Shown here: piece after piece, positions 8,743 through 16,284 of the stretch
How the letters are laid out: the number at the start of each line of letters is the position of its first letter
Numbering within the stretch: the first letter of the stretch is position 1
Translations under genes and position numbers: made by a program
Source of the DNA: Planctomycetota bacterium
GTDB taxonomy: Bacteria; Planctomycetota; B15-G4
NCBI GenBank assembly: GCA_036229545.1
Contig: JAZALG010000105.1
Span: forward strand, 1 to 35,450
Direction of reading: 5' to 3'
DNA: 35,450 nucleotides
The notes under the pieces: generated by a model
Databases searched by the model: none
What the model was told of the DNA's origin: nothing
What the model saw: the letters and a program-made list of their open reading frames with translations, nothing else

Positions 8743-9167
8743 GAGGTCTCTCCCACGATCTGGAGGAAGGCGGCCTTCGCCAGGGCCTGCAGGTTTTCAG
8801 GGCCGAGAAGTTTTTCGGCTTCTTCCTCTGTGGCCCAGCAGAAGGCGTCGTGCTCCTCGGAGAGAGCGGGGTCCCTCTCAGGCGCCGGGCCGAGGAAATA
8901 GGCGACCCGTTTTGGAATGGAATCTCCGATCTCGTCTCGGACGGAGTAGTGAAGCAGAGAGCGAAACATCGGGTTGAGTTTCACGTCTGTGTACCCTGTC
9001 TCCTCTTCAACCTCTCGGCGTGCTGTGGCGATCTCGTGGGCGTCAGCCGGATCACGTCGCCCCTTGGCAAAGCCCCAGTGTTTCCCTTGGGAATGACGGA
9101 GGAGAAGGAGGTGGGGAACTCCCTCAAGAAGACGAAAAAGGATGATGCCACTGGCGAGTAGGGTCAT
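8739..9167 (-). CDS. NUDIX hydrolase (Ap4A-hydrolase-like)
   Basis: Nudix box GFAKGRRDPADAHEIATARREVEEETG. I prefer ATG 9167 (MTLLASGIILFRL...) over GTG 9245, which would overlap the divergent pyrK-like gene. Confidence 0.85.
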   Translation of the reverse strand: MTLLASGIILFRLLEGVPHLLLLRHSQGKHWGFAKGRRDPADAHEIATARREVEEETGYTDVKLNPMFRSLLHYSVRDEIGDSIPKRVAYFLGPAPERDPALSEEHDAFCWATEEEAEKLLGPENLQALAKAAFLQIVGETS

Positions 9168-9224
9168 GAGGATGCCTGTACCGAGAGGATGGTCTGGGTC
9201 GGGGATGATAGGATCCCCAGCAAG

Positions 9225-10085
9225 ATGAGCGCTACCGTCCCGCACCCTGTTCCCCCATCCATGGCCTCCCGCTCAGGGAGGGTGGTCGCTAACGAAGTCG
9301 TCTCTGGGGGGGCACATCGGATTGAATTCGAAGTGGCAGGGGGGTGGCCGGCAACCAGAGCAGGGCAGTTCGTGATGTTGAGCCTTGATGACCCTGAGTT
9401 TCCCCTTCTCCCACGCCCTTTCAGCCTGTTGGGCTGCCAATCCGGGGATGAAGGGGAGGCCGACCATGTCGAGTTTCTCGTCATGCCTGTCGGCAAGGGG
9501 AGTGGCCTGATCTGTTCGGTGAAGGTGGGGGCCGAAGCCAATCTTGTGGGTCCTATGGGACATGCGGTGGAGGCGGATGTCCCCGAAGGGCCTCTGGTCT
9601 GTGTCGCGGGAGGATATGGGGTGGCACCCTTCATCTTTCTCTTGGAACAGTGGACCAGAGAGGGAAGAAAACAGGGAGAAGACGTCACTGTGGTTTTCGG
9701 AGCCCGGACAAAAGAGCGCCTGTCCCTGGCCGATCGATTGGAGGCTTCGGCGTCACGGGTGCTTCTGTGCACCGACGATGGATCGAAAGGGCTCGAGGGG
9801 AGGGTTGATGAGGCACTCACCAATCTCCTGCAGGAAGAATCCCCCACCATGATTCTAACCTGTGGTCCGGAGGCGATGATGGAGGCGGTTGGCAAGGTCG
9901 CGGTCAAAGCACAGGTGCCGGCCAGAGCCTCCCTGGAGACCGTGATGGGCTGCGGCTATGCCGTGTGCAATGGATGCGCGGTGGCCGTACACAGCGACCA
10001 GCACCCCGAGGGGTATACCTACGAGCTCGCTTGCAGGGAAGGCACGGTATTCGACGAAAGTCGACTTCTTTGGCATCCCCTCTAA
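9225..10085 (+). CDS. PyrK-like FAD/NAD(P)-binding oxidoreductase with a C-terminal 2Fe-2S cysteine cluster
   Basis: LLPRPFS (FAD site), CGPEAMM, and C-x-x-G-x-C-x-x-C...C in MGCGYAVCNGCAV...ACREG. Alternative starts are ATG 9189, 9225 and 9261. 9261 best matches typical PyrK length. Confidence 0.75.
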   Translation: MSATVPHPVPPSMASRSGRVVANEVVSGGAHRIEFEVAGGWPATRAGQFVMLSLDDPEFPLLPRPFSLLGCQSGDEGEADHVEFLVMPVGKGSGLICSVKVGAEANLVGPMGHAVEADVPEGPLVCVAGGYGVAPFIFLLEQWTREGRKQGEDVTVVFGARTKERLSLADRLEASASRVLLCTDDGSKGLEGRVDEALTNLLQEESPTMILTCGPEAMMEAVGKVAVKAQVPARASLETVMGCGYAVCNGCAVAVHSDQHPEGYTYELACREGTVFDESRLLWHPL

Positions 10086-10218
10086 AGGTCCCCCCTTTCG
10101 TCGCATAGGGCTCTTCCGATAGGCTACGCCCCCCCCCGTCTGAGGCGTGATGACAGGACGATGAGAGTCATCTAGACCCCGGACGACGACACGTTGACAC
10201 CCCGTGGAATTGCGTCCT

Positions 10219-11400
10219 ATGACCGACGTCGTGATTGCCGGTGCCTGCCGAACGGCCATCGGCCGTTTCCAAGGAAGTCTTGCAGGATTCACAGCTCCAG
10301 AACTGGGCTCCCATGTCTTGAAGGAGGCCCTTTCACGCTCCGGAGTGGCCGCTGAAAAGGTGGACGAGGTCATTCTGGGCAATGTGCTCCAGGCCGGTGT
10401 GGGTCAGGCTCCTGCTCGTCAGGCGCAGCGTGCCGCCGGAATCCCCGACGCCGTGCCGGCCCTGACCGTCAACAAGGTCTGCGGGTCTGGTCTCAAGGCC
10501 GTCATGTTGGCGGCCCAGGCCATTCGCTGCGGGGATGCCAAGGTAATTCTTGCGGGTGGCATGGAATCCATGACCAGAGCCCCCTACATGGTTCCCAAGG
10601 CGCGCGACGGCATGCGCCTGGGCCACGCTTCGATCGTGGATTCCATGATCGCGGACGGCCTGTGGGATCCCTACTACGACATGCACATGGGCATGACCGG
10701 CGAAGCGGTCTGCTCGGAATATTCTATTTCCCGGGATCAGCAGGATGACTGGTCTGCCCGGAGCCATGCACGGGCGTCCGCCGCCCACAAAGAAGGACGC
10801 TTTGCCGAGGAAATTGCCCCCATTGAGATCGCTCCGCGGAAGGGGGACCCCTGGAGTTTTGACAAGGATGAGGGAGTTCGGGATGACGTCACCGCTGAGG
10901 ACCTGAACAAACTCCGTCCGGCTTTCGATAAGGAAGGGTCGGTCACGGCGGGCAATGCCAGCCAGATCAGCGACGGAGCCGCGGCAGTGGTGGTGCTGGC
11001 TGAAGATGTGGCGAAGGATATGGGGATCGAGCCCCTCGCACGCATCACGGGCTACGCAGCGGGGGGGATGGACCCCAAGTGGGTCATGATGGCCCCGACA
11101 GAAGCGGCGAAAAACCTTCAGGAGAAGACCGGTGTCGCGCCTCGTGACTACGATCTTGTGGAACTCAACGAGGCTTTTTCGAGTCAATGCTGTGCGATTT
11201 CCAGCCTGTGGGAGATGGACGAGGAGAAAATGAACGTCAACGGTGGTGGCGTCGCCCTCGGGCATCCCATTGGAGCCTCGGGCACACGGGTACTCGTTAC
11301 TTTGATCCATGCGTTGAGACAAAGAGACCTTCGCCACGGGATGGCCACCCTTTGCTTGGGTGGCGGCAACGCCGTGGCCATGGCCGTGGAGGTGTGCTGA
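10219..11400 (+). CDS. Acetyl-CoA C-acetyltransferase (thiolase II)
   Basis: Active-site regions [12 protein letters not shown] and [17 protein letters not shown]...[11 protein letters not shown] prefer ATG 10219 over GTG 10204. Confidence 0.92.
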   Translation: MTDVVIAGACRTAIGRFQGSLAGFTAPELGSHVLKEALSRSGVAAEKVDEVILGNVLQAGVGQAPARQAQRAAGIPDAVPALTVNKVCGSGLKAVMLAAQAIRCGDAKVILAGGMESMTRAPYMVPKARDGMRLGHASIVDSMIADGLWDPYYDMHMGMTGEAVCSEYSISRDQQDDWSARSHARASAAHKEGRFAEEIAPIEIAPRKGDPWSFDKDEGVRDDVTAEDLNKLRPAFDKEGSVTAGNASQISDGAAAVVVLAEDVAKDMGIEPLARITGYAAGGMDPKWVMMAPTEAAKNLQEKTGVAPRDYDLVELNEAFSSQCCAISSLWEMDEEKMNVNGGGVALGHPIGASGTRVLVTLIHALRQRDLRHGMATLCLGGGNAVAMAVEVC

Positions 11401-11402
11401 CC

Positions 11403-12254
11403 ATGGCTCTTTCTCGGGTGGCTGTCATCGGCGCGGGAACCATGGGGGCGGGAATCGCCCAGGTGATGGCCCAGCACGATCGAGAGGTCACCCTTGTGGA
11501 TGTTAGTGACGAGGCTCTGGTGAAGGGGATGGGTGGAATCGAGAAGAGCCTTTCTCGGTTTGCGTCGAAGGGAAAGATTGAAGAAGACGCTCTTCCACAA
11601 ATTCTGGGACGGATCGATACGGCGACAACGCTGGAAGGCTGTGTCGGGAGCGATCTCGTGATTGAGGCCGTGCCGGAGGATCTCGGTCTGAAAACAAAAA
11701 TTCTTGGGGAGGTGGGTGGCCTCGTTTCCGGTGAGACCATCCTGGCCTCGAATACGTCTTCGATTTCAATCACCACCCTGGGAGAGAAGTCAGGCTGCCC
11801 GGAACGTTTCATCGGGATGCACTTCATGAACCCCGTTCCTGTGAGCACTCTGGTGGAGGTGATTCGCAGTCCTGCCAGTTCCGACGAGGTGGCAGAAGCG
11901 GTGATCGATCTGGCCAAGGAATTGGGAAAAGTTCCCGTGTCCGCAAACGATTCTCCTGGATTCGTCTCCAATCGCGTGCTCATGCCCATGATCAATGAGG
12001 CGGCGATTTGTCTGATGGAAGGGGTGGCGGAAGCTGAAGCGATCGACGACATCATGAAACTCGGAATGGCTCACCCCATGGGGCCTTTGGCCCTGGCTGA
12101 TTTGATTGGTGTGGATGTCTGCCTCGACATCATGGAAGTACTCCATCATGACTTTGACAACGACAAGTACTGTCCCTGCCCTCTCCTTCGTCAGATGGTG
12201 GCGGATGGCCACCTTGGCCGGAAGACAGGCCAGGGTTTCCACCACTACGACTGA
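11403..12254 (+). CDS. hbd: 3-hydroxybutyryl-CoA dehydrogenase
   Basis: Rossmann motif [18 protein letters not shown] at 11403 lies 2 nt after the thiolase stop. The upstream part of the track ORF (11187-) overlaps the thiolase gene. Confidence 0.9.
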   Translation: MALSRVAVIGAGTMGAGIAQVMAQHDREVTLVDVSDEALVKGMGGIEKSLSRFASKGKIEEDALPQILGRIDTATTLEGCVGSDLVIEAVPEDLGLKTKILGEVGGLVSGETILASNTSSISITTLGEKSGCPERFIGMHFMNPVPVSTLVEVIRSPASSDEVAEAVIDLAKELGKVPVSANDSPGFVSNRVLMPMINEAAICLMEGVAEAEAIDDIMKLGMAHPMGPLALADLIGVDVCLDIMEVLHHDFDNDKYCPCPLLRQMVADGHLGRKTGQGFHHYD

Positions 12255-12258
12255 GCCC

Positions 12259-13386
12259 ATGAACTTCGAACTCAGTGAAGAACATCAACTCGTTCGGGAA
12301 AGCGCTCGGGAATTTGCCGAGCGAGAGGTTGCTCCCACAGCGGCGGAACGAGACCGAGCGGGGACCTTCCCCGAAGAGGAGTTTAAGAAAGCAGCCGAAC
12401 AGGGCTTTACGGCCATGCTGATTCCGGAAGCCTATGGCGGCGCGGAGATGGGAACGCTCGCGGCTGTCGTCATGGTGGAAGAGGTGAGCCGTATCTGTGC
12501 TTCGACCGGGGTGACGTTGAGCGTGCACAACTCTTTGGTTTGCAGCCCGATTGTTCGCCACGGCACCGAAGAACAGAAGACATGGGTTCTCCCGCAGTTG
12601 GCCTCGGGTGCATGGCTCGGCGCCTACGCTCTGAGCGAAGCAGGAGCTGGGAGTGACGCGGCCGCGCTCATTTGCCGGGCCGACCGGGAGGGCGATGATT
12701 TCCTCCTGAACGGGACCAAACTCTGGATTACTTCCGGCGATCACGCAGACCTCATGATTATCTTCGCCCGGGCGGACGAGGGTGTGACAGCGTTTCTCGT
12801 GGAGACAGCGTCGGAAGGTTTCAGTGTCGGGAAGAAGGAGGAGAAACTCGGGATTCGGTCCTCCAGTACCGTCGAAGTGATTCTCGAAAATGTTCGCGTT
12901 TCCGCTGACAGGGTCTTGGGCGAAGTCGGGAAGGGGCTGACCGTGGCCTTTGATACCTTGGACGGTGGCCGAATCGGTATTGCCGGGCAGGCTCTGGGCA
13001 TTTCGCAGGCTGCTTTCGAGGCCAGCGTCCGTTATGCCCGGGAGCGCGAGCAGTTCGGGAGGCCAATCGGCGACTTCCAGGCGATTTCCTGGAAATTGGC
13101 TGAAATGTCGGCAAACCTCGAGGCCGCGAGACTGGTCACCTACCGGGCTGCCTCCCTCCGGGATGAACGTCGTCCCCATACCCGGCAGGCGGCAGAAGCC
13201 AAACTCGTCGCCTCGACGCTCTCCAATAAAATCGTTGACGAGGCGGTCCAGATTCACGGTGGCGCGGGGTACACAACGGAATTTCCGGTCGAGCGTTACT
13301 TCCGAGACGCTCGGATCACTGAAATCTACGAGGGAACGACTGAGATTCAGCGCCTTGTGATTGCCCGCGACATTTTCAACTCATGA
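12259..13386 (+). CDS. Acyl-CoA dehydrogenase (short-chain/butyryl-CoA type)
   Basis: MNFELSEEHQLVRESAREFAE..., YALSEAGAGSDAA, and the C-terminal RDARITEIYEGTTEIQRLVIAR with the catalytic Glu. ATG at 12259. Confidence 0.9.
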   Translation: MNFELSEEHQLVRESAREFAEREVAPTAAERDRAGTFPEEEFKKAAEQGFTAMLIPEAYGGAEMGTLAAVVMVEEVSRICASTGVTLSVHNSLVCSPIVRHGTEEQKTWVLPQLASGAWLGAYALSEAGAGSDAAALICRADREGDDFLLNGTKLWITSGDHADLMIIFARADEGVTAFLVETASEGFSVGKKEEKLGIRSSSTVEVILENVRVSADRVLGEVGKGLTVAFDTLDGGRIGIAGQALGISQAAFEASVRYAREREQFGRPIGDFQAISWKLAEMSANLEAARLVTYRAASLRDERRPHTRQAAEAKLVASTLSNKIVDEAVQIHGGAGYTTEFPVERYFRDARITEIYEGTTEIQRLVIARDIFNS

Positions 13387-14357
13387 TGACAGTCGAACAT
13401 GGAGACATCCTCGATAGGGTCAAGGCCAGGGACAGCCTCGCCTGCGGAAGGCTCATGTCCTGGGCCGAAAAGGGTGATCCGAGATTCGCAGAAGTCCATC
13501 GAGATCTTGCCACCCTGCTCGGTCAAGGAAAGAGAGTCGGAGTGACCGGTCCAGCGGGGGTGGGGAAAAGTTCGTTGGTCGAAGGACTTCTTGTCCATTG
13601 GCGAAAGGCTGGCCTCAATTTGGGTGTGGTGGCTATCGATCCCACGAGCCCATTTTCAGGAGGAGCCCTCCTCGGCGATCGAGTGCGCATGCCGTCCGCA
13701 TCACTCGACTCGGGGGTCTTCATTCGATCGATGGGGACGCGCGGAGCCCTCGGGGGTTTGGCGCGGGCAACGGATGACGTGGTTGATGTCCTTGATGCCG
13801 CCGGATCGGACATGGTGTGCATTGAAACGGTTGGTGCAGGACAGAATGAGGTGGAGATCGCCCGCTCTGCCGACGTCACGGTGGTGGTTCTCCAGCCTGG
13901 AAGTGGCGATGGAGTGCAGGCGATGAAGGCAGGCCTGTTGGAGGCGGCGGACATCTTTGTTGTGAATAAGTCCGATCTTTCGGGAGCGGAACGCCTAGTT
14001 GGTGATTTGTCGGAGATGCTAGAGATGCGACCGACGTCCGATTCTCAGCCAGCGATTCTCTCAACGGTGGCATCGGAGGGGGAGGGGGTCGATGATTTGG
14101 CGAGTGCAATCGAGGGCTGGCTGGACGATGCAGAATCGACCGGGCGGTTGGCGGAACGACGACGTGTTGCTTTTAACCTTCGCGTCCAGCGTCTCGTAAA
14201 CAGTTGGTCCCCCCAAACGGACTGGGAGGCTTGTGGGCTGTCGGATCGGTTGAAGGAGAGACTGGCTCAGGAGGAGGAGTCCTGCTCCGCTTATGAGGTT
14301 GCGCAGGATCTGTTGGACTGGACTGCGAAAGCAGGAGACTCGGGAGAAAACTCGTGA
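13383..14357 (+). CDS. meaB: Methylmalonyl/isobutyryl-CoA mutase-associated G3E GTPase (MeaB/ArgK)
   Basis: P-loop GVTGPAGVGKSS, ETVGAGQNE and VVNKSDL. The start overlaps the upstream stop (ATGA). Confidence 0.9.
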   Translation: MMTVEHGDILDRVKARDSLACGRLMSWAEKGDPRFAEVHRDLATLLGQGKRVGVTGPAGVGKSSLVEGLLVHWRKAGLNLGVVAIDPTSPFSGGALLGDRVRMPSASLDSGVFIRSMGTRGALGGLARATDDVVDVLDAAGSDMVCIETVGAGQNEVEIARSADVTVVVLQPGSGDGVQAMKAGLLEAADIFVVNKSDLSGAERLVGDLSEMLEMRPTSDSQPAILSTVASEGEGVDDLASAIEGWLDDAESTGRLAERRRVAFNLRVQRLVNSWSPQTDWEACGLSDRLKERLAQEEESCSAYEVAQDLLDWTAKAGDSGENS

Positions 14358-14776
14358 CAGAAGACCCGATTCGCGTACTGGTTGCCAAGCCCGGCCTCGA
14401 TGGCCATGACCGTGGAGCGAAGGTCGTGGCGTCCGCCCTGCGCGATGCAGGGATGGAGGTGATCTATGGTGGACTGCACCAGACACCTGCCATGGTGGTT
14501 GAGACGGCAGTGCAGGAGGATGTTGAAGTGGTTGGACTGTCCGTCCTCAGTGGTGCCCACATGACTCTCATCCCTGAGATCAAGTCGGGGCTCGATGCGG
14601 TGGGAGCTGGCCATGTTCTGGTGACCGGAGGAGGGATTATCCCTGAAGAAGACATGGAGGCTCTGACTCAACTTGGTGTGGGGCGTCTTTTTGGACCGGG
14701 GAGCAGTTTGGAAGAATTGGCCACCTACATCCGTGAGGAAGTGGGCCAGCGAAGGAAGATCTCAAGGAGTGAATAA
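14354..14776 (+). CDS. Acyl-CoA mutase small subunit (cobalamin-binding domain only)
   Basis: B12-binding DxHxxG motif in KPGLDGHDRGAKVVA, followed by GLSVLSG. 140 aa. The GTG start overlaps the meaB stop (GTGA). Confidence 0.88.
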   Translation: MTEDPIRVLVAKPGLDGHDRGAKVVASALRDAGMEVIYGGLHQTPAMVVETAVQEDVEVVGLSVLSGAHMTLIPEIKSGLDAVGAGHVLVTGGGIIPEEDMEALTQLGVGRLFGPGSSLEELATYIREEVGQRRKISRSE

Positions 14777-14777
14777 C

Positions 14778-15113
14778 ATGGAAATGAACCCGCACCCACC
14801 CTCCCGGAAAGAGAAACCGCCTGCCCGGGAGATTCTCAACATTGATGAAGCGGCCAACCTCTTGGGTGTGAGCGTAAAAACGTTCAGCAAGGTTCTCCGG
14901 GAGGGGAGTGTGCCGGGGCGCAAGGTCGGACGAGAGTGGAAGTTCAGCCGTCAGGCTCTCATTGACTGGGTGGGGGAGGCTCTCTCTCGGGAGTCTCTGG
15001 ATGCTCCGGAAGGAAAATCGGGCCCGGCCGGTTCGGCCCAGGGGCCCCGGCGCTCTTCGCGAAGGAGTCCGACTGACGCGGTGACCGACGGTTTTTCCGT
15101 GGACGATCTTTGA
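14778..15113 (+). CDS. Excisionase-family helix-turn-helix DNA-binding protein, 111 aa
   Basis: LNIDEAANLLGVSVKTFSKVLREGSVPGRKVGREWKFSRQALIDWV matches the HTH_17/excisionase pattern. ATG lies 1 nt after the upstream TAA, and its TGA shares a base with the next ATG. Confidence 0.75.
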   Translation: MEMNPHPPSRKEKPPAREILNIDEAANLLGVSVKTFSKVLREGSVPGRKVGREWKFSRQALIDWVGEALSRESLDAPEGKSGPAGSAQGPRRSSRRSPTDAVTDGFSVDDL

Positions 15114-16276
15114 TGGCCTCTTATCCCCTTTCCCTAACCGAAGAACAGGAGATGCTGCGGGACACCGTTAGGGCGTTTTCCGAAGACGTTCTTCTGCCCC
15201 AGGCGATTGAGATTGACCGGGAGCAGCGGTTCCCAGTCGAAACCTTCGCACAGATGGGAGAACTCGGCTTGCTTGGCCTGCCTGTTCCCGAGGAGTACGG
15301 GGGAGGGGGAGTTGATGCGGTATCCATCACGTTGGTCATTCAGGAGTTGGCCCGATGCTGTGGCTCGACGGCGTTGGGGCTCGCGGCGCACACGTCGCTT
15401 TGCATGTGGCCGATCTACCAGTTCGGTACCGAGGAACAACGGCAACGCTATTTGCCGGACCTCACCTCTGGAAAAAAACTGGGCGCCTTTGGTCTCACCG
15501 AACCCAACGCGGGGAGTGACGCAGGGGGCACCCTTACATCGGCTGTCAAAGATGGCGACGGCTGGCTGCTGAATGGCTCGAAGATCTTCATTACGAACGC
15601 GAATTACGCGGACGTCTTTGTTGTGACAGCGGTGACCGACAAGGAAAAGAAAACCCGGGGGGGCATCTCCTCGTTCATTGTGGAGCGGGGGTGGGATGGT
15701 TTCGAAGTGAACAAGGGCAGTGAGAAGCTCGGCATGCGGGGAAGCGATTGGGGCGAGTTATATTTTGCTGACTGTCGCCTGCCTAAAGAGAGCCTCCTCG
15801 GTGAAGAAGGGTTGGGCTTTGTGAATTTTATGGAGACTCTTGATGGCGGACGTATTGGAATCGGTGCTTTGGCTCTCGGGCTTGCCCTCGGTGCCTACGA
15901 GAGATCGCTGTCCTACTCCCAGGAACGAAAAGCCTTCGGAAAAGCACTTTCCGATAAGCAGGGAATCGCCTTCATGCTTGCCGACATGGCGACCCAAATC
16001 GAAGCGGCGCGGCACCTTATTCAACATGCGGCAAGGCTCAGAGATGAGGGCCAGCCGTTCACGACGGCGGCGGCCATGGCCAAACTTTTTGCTTCTGAGA
16101 TGGCGATGAAGGTGACCTTTGACGCGATCCAGATTCATGGAGGTTATGGATTTACGAACGAGTATCACGTGGAGCGCATGTACCGTGATGCGAAGTTGTG
16201 CACGATTGGAGAAGGTACGAGTGAAATTCAGCGGATGGTCATTGCACGGGACCGTCTCGACCAATCTCTTCGTTGA
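15113..16276 (+). CDS. Acyl-CoA dehydrogenase (second copy)
   Basis: FGLTEPNAGSDAG and YRDAKLCTIGEGTSEIQRMVIAR. ATG 15113 (track start TTG 15110). Confidence 0.9.
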   Translation: MASYPLSLTEEQEMLRDTVRAFSEDVLLPQAIEIDREQRFPVETFAQMGELGLLGLPVPEEYGGGGVDAVSITLVIQELARCCGSTALGLAAHTSLCMWPIYQFGTEEQRQRYLPDLTSGKKLGAFGLTEPNAGSDAGGTLTSAVKDGDGWLLNGSKIFITNANYADVFVVTAVTDKEKKTRGGISSFIVERGWDGFEVNKGSEKLGMRGSDWGELYFADCRLPKESLLGEEGLGFVNFMETLDGGRIGIGALALGLALGAYERSLSYSQERKAFGKALSDKQGIAFMLADMATQIEAARHLIQHAARLRDEGQPFTTAAAMAKLFASEMAMKVTFDAIQIHGGYGFTNEYHVERMYRDAKLCTIGEGTSEIQRMVIARDRLDQSLR

Positions 16277-16284
16277 GGATTGCC

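Noticed and set aside
10194-10223. A perfect TTGACA -35 hexamer upstream of the thiolase gene, with a TATGAC -10-like hexamer 18 nt downstream.
   Set aside because: The -10 candidate contains the thiolase ATG itself, so a transcript from it would start inside the gene. It is probably coincidental.
14778-15113. The excisionase-family HTH gene as a marker of a prophage or integrative element.
   Set aside because: There is no integrase, recombinase, phage gene, flanking direct repeat or tRNA nearby. The gene is translationally coupled inside a metabolic operon.
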